Notes under the pieces: generated by a model | The model's database searches: none | Told to the model about the DNA's origin: nothing | What the model saw: the letters and a program-made list of their open reading frames with translations, nothing else | Translations under genes and position numbers: made by a program | From: Balanoglossus misakiensis | Taxonomy: Eukaryota; Animalia; Hemichordata | Assembly (NCBI GenBank): GCA_040954595.2 | Contig: CM082581.2 | Span: forward strand, 62,001-126,000 | Direction of reading: 5' to 3' | Length of the DNA stretch: 64,000 nt | In this document: positions 1 through 12,174 of the stretch, in pieces | Position numbering within the stretch: position 1 is the stretch's first letter | Layout of the letters: each line of letters opens with the position of its first letter

Positions 1-140
1 ACAAACCAAGAAATTAGCATATTAGCATAATCAGAATAAATAAAAAAAATGCACAGGTAGTTTAAAAGAACAAACACTTTGGAAACGGAATAGAGCTAAG
101 CTGCTGTCCCTTTCTAATTGTTACTCGTTCAATCACCTGT

Positions 141-567
141 CACATCACTCCAATTTTGTATCAGTTGCACTGGCTACCTGTTACAGAGCGTATTGTTTTT
201 AAGATGTTAGTTCTCATTTTTAAATCCATTCATAAACTTGGTCCAATCTATCTTTCTAGCATGACTAATCGATATGTTCCGTGTCGCAATTTAAGGTCAG
301 CTGATCAGTACAAACTCTGCCCTGTTCGATCACGCACCAAGAGTTATGGTGATCGTGCTTTTACTGTTGCTGCTCCAATTCTTTGGAATAATCTTCCACT
401 CACCATTCGCCAGGCACCAGACTTATCTGTTTTTAAATCAAATGTTAAAACTTTACTTTTTAAATCTGTTTTTTAGCCATTTGTTGTATTGTACTTTTGC
501 TTTAAGCGTCATTGATCACATTTTTTGTGGATACTGACGCTATACAAATAAATTATTATTATTATTA
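141..567 (+). mobile_element. 5'-truncated L2/CR1-group LINE, 3' end
   Basis: HITPILYQLHWLP...YGDRAF...LWNNLP...FK ORF2 C-terminus, then cgctatacaaataaat and an (att)n tail. Confidence 0.9.
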
Positions 568-666
568 ATATTTCTATTTTTGTGTTTGTACAACATCAGT
601 GAAGTTTAAATCATAATAAAAAAAAATGATAATTATCATTATTAACTGCTATAGATTCAAACTTAC

Positions 667-789
667 TTGTCTCACACCTGGTTCCCTAGTAACACTCTGT
701 GCACATGCCAATGGTGGCAGTACAAGAATTTGCCTGTTGTTGGCAGGTACCTCCATTGAGACAAGGACTAGTGAAGCATGGATTAGGAA
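667..789 (-). pseudogene. EGF-like exon with in-frame stop
   Basis: ccag|123 bp|gtaagt, phase 1-1: PNPCFTSPCLNGGTCQQQANSCTATIGMCTECY*GTRCET. Copies at 20358, 38808 and ~53662. Confidence 0.85.
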
Positions 790-1026
790 CTGGAAGACAG
801 GAATTCAAAATTTTATACAACACTTACCTATGGTAACACCAGTACACGTTCATTATTTCTGTGTTATATTTTTATACTGGTGATTTTACTGTTTTTATTA
901 CCGATCATACTGACTGACTTAAAGATGATGATGATGATGATGATGATAATGACTACACCTGCTATTATTACTACAATGTACCTCAGCACTTAGATTTTTT
1001 AATAAATGACAAAGTACTGTACTCAC

Positions 1027-1156
1027 GTGTTTCACATGTGAAGCCCAGGTAGCAGCCAGCACATTGACATGTGACGCCTGTCCAAGATCCCTGGATTGCT
1101 TGGCAAGTACCAGCATTCCGGCATGGGTTAAGGTTTGTGTTCGCACGGATTCATTG
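1027..1156 (-). pseudogene. EGF-like exon, frameshifted
   Basis: gcag|130 bp|gtgagt: MNPCE(fs)NLNPCRNAGTCQAIQGSWTGVTCQCAGCYLGFTCET. Copies 3 and 4 have GSC instead of GSW. Confidence 0.85.
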
Positions 1157-1964
1157 CTGCAAATGTACACAATATTTACAAAATAAAACAGTATACAACT
1201 GTAAGTATTTATAATCATCAATTGTGAATATCACACCAATCAAGGCCTTTCAATGCACCCTGATTGCTGAGAGCTGAAATACGTGAACCAACGTGTATTT
1301 GTTTTCACTACTATATCACATGACATTCTGCATCTCTTTTCCAAAGTTGTAGTCTGCACCCAACATTGTATTCCGGGGTAGCACTACACGGAACCCCGAA
1401 ACTTTTTTGTCATCATCCGAGTACTCCTCCCAGCATGCAGTTGCCAAGAAGGCTGCACAGGGAGTTTTTAATTTTGCACTGGTATACAATTTTTTTATTC
1501 GTCAATTTCACAGACACGTGCATTGCACATCAAAATTTTGCGTCAAAAGTGAGGACAACTTAACTAGGTACCAATGCAATGTGGTTTTAGGCGGATTTGA
1601 ACTTTTCCTTTAATGTAACAGTTGTATTGACATGCGATTATCATACCGAACATGAATCAATCTCAAAATTGCTAAAAATAAAATAATTCAGAACATTTAG
1701 ATTCTACAATGGTGAAAAAATATGACAAACCTCCCAAAATTCTTATTTTTGAGGCCATTTTACAAAAATCTACGAGCCTGGCAAAAACTGACAGAGGTGC
1801 TAGATAAAGGGCACTTTTTCAAAACTCTAGATGGTTGACCCCAAGTATGCTTATTTGGTTAAATTTTAAAAGGAAATCACCCGCTGTTTTAGAGTTAATA
1901 TTGCGAAAGGGACTTCATAAGTTGTCTGAAAACACCAGTTTCCCCAATTTTCACTAATGTATAG

Positions 1965-2620
1965 GAATACTTGAGAAGTCGGCCAGATTAGAAGTCGGCC
2001 AGTACGCGCGTATGAGAAGTCGGCCAGTACGAGAAGTCGGCCAGTTGTTGAACTTGTACCCGAATAGTGCAGTGATGACCCAGATTACATATAACAACAC
2101 TTAATAAAATATAATTGCACTAAATATTTTCATTTGGACGGATTTCCCAAATTCTTGACAACACAATGGCGTCATTTCAAATAATGGCGTCTGGCATCCG
2201 TACCGGTTCGCCAGCCCCGTATCCGCGTAAGGAGCTTAGGTTGTTCGCCAAATTCCTGTGACATTTCTGATTAAAGGGAGTTGTTTCAAAGCCTACTAAA
2301 ATACATAGAAGGTGTATGTGTATATTCATACTTTGAGACAAAACCAAACAAACAAACGTGACGAGGAACAGACTACTGGCGCAGCGCAAGAAGTGCAGGT
2401 GACTGATGTTGACGTACCCCGGTGACGTACATGCAAAGTGAACAGACAGTTTTAAAATTCATCGGCTATTTGTACAAATATCTCAGCTCCTGTACATCAA
2501 GGAAACATTTCGTAGTGAAACAGTTATATATAACACAAAGTACCAGGGTTCTCTCCCACAGGCCGACTTCTCGTACTGGCCGATACCGACTTCTCATACT
2601 GGTCGACTTCTCAGGACACC
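1965..2620. mobile_element. Non-autonomous DNA transposon with subterminal GAGAAGTCGGCCAG repeats and 8-bp TSD
   Basis: ATGTATAG at 1957-1964 and 2621-2628. Four repeats at the left end and three inverted repeats at the right end. Copies at ~21656-22298, 40505-41170, 55359-55999. Confidence 0.8.
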
Positions 2621-2732
2621 ATGTATAGCATAGCTGTTGAACTCAAAAAATATGTAAAACTACAAGTGATGTAAACAACTTGTGGAACCATGTTCAAATC
2701 GAGACCAGAAGAAAAGAGATTTCAAGACTTAC

Positions 2733-3496
2733 CTCCTTCAACACTTTACTGCCCTGTAGCGCACTGTGTGACACTTGTAGTTATGCATTCATAACCAGAA
2801 GGACGTGGCCGAACCTAGCGAGTATGAACCTATCACAGAAAAAATTCAAAGAACGATTGGTTTGGTCCAACGATCCCTTATTAGAGAGATGTCCGTAATC
2901 ACAGGTGTTACTGTACTATACCTCTTCAGTGGAATCATTGTGTTTTTCAAAGTGCATCACAATATCAACTCCAATGAGCATAACAGTTTAATTTTCTGTG
3001 TATGTCAAGCTATAACACAGGGAAGTCACAAGAGTGATTTGCAGCCCAACTTACCAGTAACTGTTGAACAATCAATTACGGGTGACATGGTTGGACACTT
3101 GGATCCTGCTGGACAAGGCGTGCATGTGCCGTCGCCTTCCATAGCATATTCACCATTGCCACAGTCAAGCGGATCTTACATTGAATCTGAACACGATTGT
3201 CCAGCAGGGCACAGAAGACGGGATGTGCGTGCAGGCTCCTCACTTATTTCATCTGATTAAAGAAAATGAGGTTTTTAGTGAAGTATTTGTGATACAGTGT
3301 CATTTAAAATAACAAATTACTTGAGATGATTCACTTCATAATTCTGAGACAAGTATACAGGCATGTAGAAAATTCTTTGGAGGACATTAAACGTCATTTC
3401 TAATCAACCATTTTCTGAATATCATAAGACTCTGCGAGATCTCACATGGCTAACCGGGTCTCGCAAGATCTCGCACTGAGTTGATAATCTGTTGTA

Positions 3497-3528
<32 letters not shown>

Positions 3529-4745
3529 TAACCCCAGTCGCACTGACTTGAAAATCTGTTGTAAACACATACATGCATACACACATACCCCTCAGTTTCA
3601 TCACACAGCAAACTGAACAAGTACCACAATCTTACCATTTGTACATCTGGTACAGTTTGTTGCACCAGCCAATGACACGTAACCCTTAGTACACTTGAAT
3701 TGCGATGCACTGGGATCTGTGCAGGCGTACCCTTGCTCACAAATAGTACACTGTTCAGCACCGGCTGATCTGTAAATCAAACAAAGAATTTACACACCAA
3801 GTTAACCTTTGAATACCACTGTAAAAAATTGGCGCAAATTTTAATTATTTTCATAAATAGAGGTCTATTCAAATTTGATGTTGGAAATAAAGGTGGGTGG
3901 GTAGAAGTTTACCTGTTATGCAAGAGGTACAGCGAGACATCCTTTGTCCAAGGCCGAACTGTAATAACCAGCCGAGCATAAAATCACAGTGTTACCATTT
4001 GGACAATGGTTACCAGCTGGGCAATCAGCACATGATGTTTGTGCTGAAAATAAACAGAGATTTATAGAATCTTATAGTCACAGTCATACCTTCAAAGACG
4101 TGGGATTCTCACGCGGGTTGGGGAGACATAAATCCCTGGCAAAAGATTGAGGACAGGAAAATGCCAAACCAGAGATATTCGTAACAGAAACTGTATACAG
4201 TCAATGCCATATGGCAGTGTGCTGTTCTAACAACAGACAAGAATGTGACGATCATAGTCTGTGTCGGAGATTTGGAAAAAAGCAAATTCGGTGAAAAGAC
4301 GGGACAAAACAAAAGTCTACTTATACGATGCACATGAAAACTGGATGAAAGCGAAGCAGTCCACTATTTGAATGCATTGGATGTAAAATTGGCAGAATAT
4401 TTGGACTGGACATAATGTTTGTACGCACAGAATTAGGCACATGCACATAAGATGATCGTCCGCCTAAGTGAAAGATTACACAGTAATGCCCAAACTTTAA
4501 GTGCTGACTCACCATTTATATTAGTGTAGTATCCATCTTCACACACCTCTGGCTCCGACATACCATCATATTGGCACTTATACCCAGGGCAGGACAAGGC
4601 GTACAGTCTATACTTCCATTGTTGGCAAAATATCCCTGTCCGCATTGTGTTGGTGATGAGAGGCTGGCTGTTCCACACATGAAACCCTTGGACACAGCGT
4701 GCATGCTTCAGAACATGCTGAACGGTAACTTCCAACTGCGCAGTC
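2733..4745 (-). pseudogene. Cluster of five Cys-rich GCC2/GCC3 (ephrin-receptor-like) repeat exons, disrupted
   Basis: AG/GT-bounded exons 4513-4745 (DCAVGSY..CGQGYF..CTPCP..CEDGYY, frameshifts), 3913-4043 (CADCPAGNHCP..CSAGYY, frameshift), 3636-3769 (CTICEQGYAC..CTKGYVS..CTRC, open), 3055-3252 (CPAGQSC..*..CTPCPAGSKCP) and 2733-2829 (stop). Confidence 0.85.
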
Positions 4746-4811
4746 CTGTAGGAGTAAAGACGTCAAATATTAGAGAGGTTTAAGAGCCCTCTAGCCAGCA
4801 AACTTCATCAA

Positions 4812-5224
4812 GGATGTACGCGCAGAACATAAACTGGAAACACTGCGCGCCCGGTCTTTTTCCCATAGGATTACATTGATAATCGCCAGAAAACAAACTT
4901 CTACTATTGTCATTTTCACGAAATTGTACACATAGCTCAGTCCAGCAAATATAAATTCATTGGTCAAATAAAATATAGGGGTCACCGCGCTCTTTTTTGA
5001 GATAAATTGCGTTAAGAATTTTGCCCATAGACAAACCATTGGTGAAAAATGCTGAGTCAGCAGATTTCTTCTATTATCGACCAAATTCATGGCTCTGTAT
5101 TTCAAAAACAAGCCCGGTGACCCCTATATTTTATTACGGATTTTCATTATACATACAAAGGAGAATAAAAAAATCCACAATTAAAAAAAATGACAATACT
5201 TTCAATTTTACTGAACGTACATCC
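4812..5224. mobile_element. Kolobok-like MITE
   Basis: Ends ggatgtacg..cag / ctg..cgtacatcc flanked by tcaa and ttaa (degenerate TTAA TSD). Internal inverted repeat aaatataggggtcacc / ggtgacccctatattt. Copy at 24490-24902. Confidence 0.65.
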
Positions 5225-5367
5225 TTAATGTTACTTAATATGTAGTGGAGCACCAAAACCCAAATTTTCATATCGATTGTGTATTTTGTGATAAAAGCAC
5301 CAAACTTGGCTCAGATGTGTGTTAATGTGTACTGAACGAATTCAGATAGCGAGTCACTAAATATCTG

Positions 5368-5794
5368 TAGTCTCGGTTACCCAGAGCCCTCTGCTTCTTC
5401 CGTTAGGCACTCCAGAAAGAGGGTCTGGGGAAACCCGGTAGACAAATCGCCGGGCGGAATCGGGACAGCTGCGATGCATGACGGGAGCTTAATATTCGGT
5501 ACGATATTATGATATGACGATATTAGAAAACTATTAACCAAACTTCTCTCTCTCTTTTCAATTTGTAGACAGTTTTAGCAGGTCTAGCACTACTCAGCAT
5601 GTTTTCTTTATCATATGACATACATGTCGGCCGTGAGGTTCGCGCGCAGGACGTCGCCATTTTGGAATATTAAGCTCCCGTCATGCATCGCAGCTGTCCC
5701 GATTCCGCCCGGCGATTTGTCTACCGGGTTTCCCCAGACCCTCTTTCTGGAGTGCCTAACGGAAGAAGCAGAGGGCTCTGGGTAACCGAGACTA
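5368..5794. mobile_element. MITE with perfect 130-bp TIRs and 10-bp TSD (AcademH- or MULE-like)
   Basis: TIRs 5368-5497 and 5665-5794 (TAGTCTCGGTTACCCAGAG...). TAAATATCTG at 5358-5367 and 5795-5804. Confidence 0.92.
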
Positions 5795-6076
5795 TAAATA
5801 TCTGTTGAAGAGTTTCCATGTCAACCATTTTTTTTCAAAATGGCCGCCAATACAGATAATCACATCTGTTAAACACCAAAATAAATTCAGATTACAATAT
5901 TTGAAACAAGAAACTACGGAAAGAATGGTTTGCAATAGAACTATGGTTATTAAACTACAAATGTACTTATAAGGGTAACTAAGGGATCAAAACACAGGTG
6001 CAACTTTCAATCCCTGGTTCTCGCATTAGTATAGGTGCTCCCCCCAGTCAAACATTATGGCTAGTTGCGATATTTA

Positions 6077-6936
6077 ACTGGAAAGTGCAGTTCACGAAAT
6101 AAAAACCTGGATGACACATAATAAACTTCAACTCAATGGTGGCAAAACCGAGGTACTCCTGATAAGGTCTCAGTTCAACCGCTCGCCTCGTCCCATAAAC
6201 CACATGAGCATTGGATCATGTTGTGTTCAAACTGTGAATTCTGCACGGAATATAGGTGTGACATTCGACGACAATTACACTTTCAATAAGCACATTAATG
6301 CAATTTGCAAGTCAATTTTCTTCCATCTGCGTCAAATCAGCCACATTCGCCGTTACCTCACTAAGGAAGTTTGCCAGATGCTGGTTCATGCTCTAATCAC
6401 ATCAAAACTGAACTACTGTAATGCACTACTCTGTGGTTTACCATCATCATGCATGCTACAGCATGCCCTGAATTCTGCAGCCAGGATCGTTTCTCGTACC
6501 CGTAAAACGGATCATATTACTCCTGTTCTCATGGATTTACATTGGTTGCCTGTACACTATAGAATCCAATACAAGATCTTGCTTATGACATATAAGGCAT
6601 TAAACAACACAGCACCAGCTTACATCTCTGACTTAATCCATCTGAAAACTTCAACAAGACTTCTTCGTTCAAATGACAAATTTCTACTTCATGTACCATG
6701 GAGTAAGAAGAAAACGTACGGCGATCGTGCTTTTTCGTATATCGTCCCACTCATTTGGAACAGTGTCCCAATAGAAGTATGCTAGTCACCTAGCCTTGAC
6801 AGTTTCAAGAAACACATCAAGACTTATCTGTTTAACAGAGCCTATTTACAGTAACTTTACATTGTAAAGCGCTATTGAACACTATTGCAGTGGAGTTTGG
6901 TGCTCTATAAGTCCTTTTGATTGATTGATTGATTGA
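6077..6936 (+). mobile_element. 5'-truncated L2-clade LINE (RT C-terminus plus tail)
   Basis: WMTHNKLQLN..KTE..RNIGV.FD..LVHALITSKLNYCN..HITPVL.DLHWLP..YGDRAFS, ending in (gatt)n. Confidence 0.92.
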
Positions 6937-7418
6937 TGAACAGTTTACCACCTTAGCTAAACACATAAACAGATCACCGATACGTCCGAATAGCGCGTGT
7001 ATGAGGGCTTGGCTAACTTGTGACCTCAGTAAAGATCATGTGAAAATGTCCATTTTGTTTGGTCGGGCATTGGTTCTTGTCGGCAAAAACTGCCATAGGA
7101 AATTATAAACTTTAGTCAAATTGTTGAAACAATAAATAATAGTCCATGTGTCTTGATACTTCAGATCATGCATCGGTTCGACTCTGTCTGTAGTCGGCTA
7201 CCCAAATTTATTGGGAAGTTCGGCCTTTTACACATTAATACGTGTGGTTTTCGATCATATCCTACCGGTCTTATTGGTTGGCATTAATTTGGCAGTGTGC
7301 TATAAGCATATTACATCCTACATCAAACCAAAATAAAGCTTGTGATACTTTGACCATCAGTTTTTGTTTACTTTTAGTCGCTAGTGAAATTCAAGCTCAG
7401 TAATAACTTTACAACTAA

Positions 7419-9230
7419 CTTATTAGGGGCCCAAGCCTCTATGGGCGGGGTCCCTATTGGTATTGCTGGCATTTTTCTTCTTCTTTGGCACTTTCATCGG
7501 CCACTAGGATCTTGAAAACGGCTAAACCTACAATTCTCAAATATGGCACAATGATGCAGGCCAATGAGATCTGGTGAAGTACGTCCGTGAATGTTAAATT
7601 AGTCAAGTGACCTGATGACCATATAAGGGCGAAATTTTCAAATTAGGGTATGCCGATTTTGAGAAGAAGATTTTTGATCATTATATTTCATATTTTTTCA
7701 TTGACCATGGGGGGTCTGGACCAAGGCATAGGCTTTACTATACCCGCATAGTAAAGCTATGACAACATCGTATTTAAATAATAACACATGTTAGCGAGGG
7801 CAATATCATGATCTTTTGCCTGCACAAGGGATGGTGATCTTTGACCTTAATAATAATGATGATGCCCGAGCCGCAGGGAAGGGCATCATCAATATGTTTC
7901 GATGTGTGACGTTACCAGCACATTCCAGAAGACAGCATGGCATCGTCTGTACAAGTTGAGTGAAATACTTAGAAAGATATCGCCACATACAGTGACTGGG
8001 CTGTGTTCATGTTTTTCTCTTGAAATCATTGACAGTGTTATACACCTCTGTATCAATGCTGTTTTAGTGACTTTTTCACACCCGTTCTTTTTGTTTTGAG
8101 TGAATAGGATAGTCAACTAACTACTGCTGGACAATGGGTGTGAGTTTCATGGCTCTCACATGATGGGGTAATCTGGGGTAACATTTTGAAAATACCATGT
8201 TATTTTCAGAACGCAGTTACGGTGTATGTACATGTGAACAGTGATACATGTACATGTGTAGGTCGGAAATTTAGATCGGGTATACACGTCTGTATCTAAC
8301 ACTCAAAGTGCAATATTGCCAAACGTGTGTATTATACACGATATACTACATGTAGTAATTCTATTAGACTTAGTCTGCATTGGTCAATATAATATACGGA
8401 AACTAAATATGTCGATCGGATTTAATCTTTCACAGGTCCAGCTGTGGTTGCGCAGAACACGTCTCCATTTATGGTGTGAACAGGGACTGCTGTACGCATG
8501 TGCACATCTGAGTTCACGAGGTTACACGTACTGCGGTTGCGCAGAACACGTCTCCATTTATGGAGTGAACAGGGACTGACCAAGGGGCCGAAATGAGAAG
8601 CCAAATTTCGGGTGACCCCTTGACCTTTGACCCACCTTGAAAAACACATATCTACTTCTACGCTAACTAATACCCCTAGGGAGCTGATTTTTGGTGGACA
8701 GGTACAACTATTGGACCAAATCATTTCGCCGCAATGTCTCGTGACCTCGGTGACCTTTGAACTATATATAACATAAATGCTCATAAGTACGTTACTATTA
8801 GACCGACAGACTTCATATTTGGTGGGATGAAGCATACACATGTACTTGTTACCCCTTGACCTTTGACCTAATTAATTATGTGCATACCTAATTCTAGGCT
8901 TACCAATAGGGCTAGAGGTTTTGTTTCTGTTGGACATGGACAAGTGTGGGGTCCAATTTTTTCCATAATATTTTGGGTGACCTCAGGTGATCTACTTTCT
9001 CATATCTCGGCCTCCAGAGCAGGTACAGCCTAGCATTTCCAGGGATGGGACTAAAATGAAAAGCCGAATTTTGAGGTCACCTGTACAACTGCTTAACTCA
9101 TTAATTATGTGCATACCTAATTCCAGGCGAACCAATAGGGCTGAAGGTTTGGTTTCTGATGGACCTGGACCAGTATGGGGTCAAAAAATTTTGCCCAAAT
9201 TTCGGGTGACCTCAGATGACCATTTTGGCT
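7419..9230. mobile_element. Probable Helentron-derived (HINE/DINE-like) composite repeat region
   Basis: Begins ttattaggggccc..ccctattg (stem-loop); recurring tgacctttgacc motifs; two ~235-bp core repeats (~8873 and ~9101). Boundaries are approximate. Confidence 0.45.
8442..8578. repeat. ~48-bp direct repeat, two copies
   Basis: ctg(t/c)ggttgcgcagaacacgtctccatttatgg(t/a)gtgaacagggactg at 8442 and 8531. Confidence 0.85.
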
Positions 9231-9559
9231 TGCAGCTATATTTTAACCCTAATGCTACTAGGTGTCATACCTGTTTAGAGTGCCTTAAAGTATGTATTTG
9301 CCATTTTTTCTTCCTAAACGTATTTTGACTGTCTTGCCATGGCTCTCATATGTTAGACACACTTGGCAGTCTAAACCCCCCTTAAATGTACTAAATCGTA
9401 CTGGTTTGCTCTGGTTTGGTTTGAGGGTCTTGTATAGGCCCTACTGCGTAACACGCCCTTGGCAGCCTAACAGGCCTGGGAGCCAGGATTCTAGGCACCC
9501 TGGATATCAAACTGACTTGGCAGCGTTAGGGTTAAAACTATGTATAATCACATACTAGA

Positions 9560-9955
9560 TGTTTGAAAAATGGCAATGTCTTCTCTAAATGTTCTCCATC
9601 CAAAGGGATCTGACAAGGGTGTCCCCTGTCAGCACTTCATTTTTTGTTTGTCATAGCAATTTTCGCGACTGTTATATTAGATTTAGAGTTGACTAAAAGA
9701 TAAATGGTGTCTACGATTCCAAACACATAAAAATTACACCTGTTGTGGACGACACAACATTATTTTATTTAATGAGAGTAGTGTTCATCATGCCATAAAT
9801 ATTGTCAAAAAATTTGTTAGTTTTAGAAACCCAACTAAATACACGAAAAGTTGGGCTTTAGATTGGTTAACTGAAAATCAGGCTGATTGCAATTTTTCGG
9901 GATTAAGTGGCCCGATACTCCCAACAAGTCACTTGGAATGTACTTTCATTCTAAT
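9560..9955 (+). mobile_element. Old decayed Tx1/L1-clade LINE RT fragment
   Basis: Frameshifted motifs SKGI*QGCPLSAL, VDDTTLF (YADD box) and GIKWPDTP..LGMYF. Copy at ~29239-29634. Confidence 0.75.
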
Positions 9956-9986
9956 ATTGTTATTTATTAGCATGGAGTAATCTTAC

Positions 9987-10182
9987 TTTTTACCATAAGG
10001 GTGGAACCATGATTCATTCTCAAGAGGGGTCTGGTACCAATACTCATAATGGCCTTCGATACCGGCAGGCATGTATAGCCTATGGCTACGCCCAGCATGA
10101 GGTGGTGATTCATACTGTTGGTTGTATGGACTAGCTGGGTTCGGTGACAGCGACACAAATTTTCATGCAGATCTTGATTACA
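9987..10182 (-). pseudogene. Possible non-EGF (Pro/Tyr-rich) exon downstream of the EGF run
   Basis: Pyrimidine tract plus aag acceptor and gtaag donor. One frame reads ..SLSPNPASPYNQQYESPPHAGRSHRLYMPAGIEGHYEYWYQTPLENESWFHPY, with two upstream stops. Confidence 0.35.
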
Positions 10183-10277
10183 CTTGTAGAGAAAAACAAA
10201 AAATCTACATATTGAAAGAAATGGTGATACTTTAAACTGTATAAATTATTATCCCAAGACAATAAATCAAAACTTAC

Positions 10278-10401
10278 TTTGTTCACAAAGGTCACCAGTG
10301 AAAACAATTCTGACAGAAACATGTGTACAGTTCACATGATCCAGATGTCATCTGGCAGAAACCACTGTTCAAGCACGGATTGGGATCGCATTGGTTGATT
10401 C
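10278..10401 (-). pseudogene. 8-Cys EGF-like exon, +1 frameshift
   Basis: ccag|124 bp|gtaagt: INQCDPNPCLNSGFCQMTSGSCELYTCFCQNCF(fs)TGDLCEQ. Copy at 29957-30080. Confidence 0.88.
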
Positions 10402-10602
10402 CTGGTTTTCAATACACAAGAAAGTTGGGACGATGAGCAATGGGGCAGAGACTGATCATCAAAAATTTGGGACAGGGAATTCCAACAAATGAGATCATTA
10501 AGTCATATATGCAAAGCAAATCAGAAAAGAGAATCAGAAGATTTTCTCCGAAGGACACCTTGCAAATTCATGATTGGAAAGACACTGCAGTCACATGTAT
10601 AT

Positions 10603-11420
10603 TGTAGTGTCCAAACACTGGTGAGCATCTATACTTTATACATTCTGTAAAATGACGTAAACATTCGGGTCATTATGAATAAAGTGCGTGAATGAGGCTA
10701 GGCACTCTCACTCTTACATGCCGGACTTGGTGTCTCGTGTTGTCATTATTGCCCACCCACGATTCTATATTTTGCGACGAGGACAGAGAACATGGAGAAT
10801 CAGCTAGCCGGATCAAGAGGTCAAATCACAAATCATACGAGGATTCACATCAGCCCGTCTCAGACGTCGTGCTCTTCGGGAGGAGACGACACTAGAGAAT
10901 CTACTGAGTACAGCCTGTTCATTTGAGGTATCAGAGGTTCAGGCTAGTGGGATTGAGGAGAAAACCCAAAATAATGGTGCAGATACGGCATCTGTGAATG
11001 CGGTCAGAAAACAGCGCCATCAACGCTCGAAACCAAATAAACAAAAGAGAGCTCATCAGCAGCCAGCGAAAGGACCGTCCACTTGTTATTATTGTGGTGG
11101 CACCTATCCACATGACTCAGTATGTCCAGCTAAAGGCAAGTCATGCAGGAAGTGTGGCAAACCTAACCATTTAGCCAAATGCTACCATTCAAAAGGCAAG
11201 GCAAATAGGGTAGACAAGGATAAAACTGTCAAAGCTGTGCATAAAGTGGAAGACAGCTCGGGAGATGAATACTGCTTCACTGTACAACAATCAAATGGCA
11301 GGAGGCCTCGAGTAACAGTGCAGATAGAACAAACAGCAGTTGCCTCACTGATCGACCCTGGTTCTACAATAAACATGATGGGTGTAAACACGTACAACAA
11401 CCTAAAGAACAAACCCATGT
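10603..11420 (+). mobile_element. Ty3/Gypsy (Mag-like) remnant: 5' LTR, PBS, deleted gag and start of protease
   Basis: Putative LTR 10603-10769 with AATAAA. PBS t(t)gcgacgagga resembles the tRNA-Ser(GCU) PBS. Zinc knuckles CYYCGGTYPHDSVC and CRKCGKPNHLAKC; protease motif LIDPGS. Confidence 0.85.
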
Positions 11421-11510
11421 GGCAAACAGAAAGCCCGTTTTACCACTGCCAGCAGTGCATTATTGAGTATTTTAGCATCGCTGGATTTAGCTCTCGTCCA
11501 ATCAGAGTTG

Positions 11511-11715
11511 AAGAAAATGCCTTTTTAAAATGTTTTATGCAAAGTTTCAATATACTGGCATAATATAATAGCAATAAAACACCCCCAGCCATGGTATACC
11601 ACTCGATTTTGACCAGTTCAACTCCATATACGCACTCGCTATCGCTCGTGCGTATATGTCGTGAACTGGTCAAAATCTCGTGATATACCATGGCTGGGGG
11701 TGTTTTATTGCTTAA
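11511..11715 (+). mobile_element. Fragment of a palindromic Crypton-like element, flanked by a 42-bp direct duplication
   Basis: Matches the last ~205 bp of 50406-50719; hairpin ~11570-11712; flanks 11469-11510 = 11715-11756. Confidence 0.75.
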
Positions 11716-12174
11716 TTTTAGCATCGCTGGATTTAGCTCTCGTCCAATCAGAGTTGCGGACGGTAGCATGATATACTAGTAATATAATGCGAATAAATCT
11801 CACGACAAGTGTACAGTTTGACAATGTACACAGATAATCCGTTTCAACAATGTTTCCTTTGTAGAGTGAATAAAACTGCACACTTTGCAAGTTTTCAACT
11901 TCAAAACACTATGGCTATTACAGAGACAAAGCTGCTAATATACAGTGTATACCTGTCATTTTTGTTTGTGGTGAGATTTTCATTGGCACAGTCGCACAGA
12001 GCTCACACAAGAGGAAATTACACTTTCTGTTGAATTCACTGCATACTGCTAACTTTAAGTCATATATCCACTGAAACATTAAGTTATAGAATTTTCCATC
12101 GCAGTATTCTGTTTTATATACATGTATAGCAGTCCCACACATATTGATTAATTTGACAAAAGAAACTGACTGAC

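Noticed and set aside
919-1221. ORF ending in poly-His
   Set aside because: The His run is an intronic (gat)n microsatellite that varies in length between copies, and the ORF is off-frame over an EGF exon.
1973-2045. Short spaced repeats resembling a CRISPR array
   Set aside because: Units of ~14 bp with 2-10 bp spacers, mirrored at the other end of a TSD-flanked element, in eukaryotic DNA with no cas genes.
2805-3260. 151-159 aa plus-strand ORF conserved in all copies
   Set aside because: It is the antisense shadow of a GCC-type exon; the conservation only reflects recent duplication.
3430-3600. Palindrome tgcgagatct..agatctcgca plus a duplicated (cata)n unit as an ncRNA
   Set aside because: More likely a small repeat remnant; I found no recognisable RNA-gene motifs or definable ends.
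6111-6785. 224-aa ORF as a host gene or active retrotransposon
   Set aside because: It covers only the ORF2 region downstream of the RT catalytic motif; the element is 5'-truncated with a premature stop.
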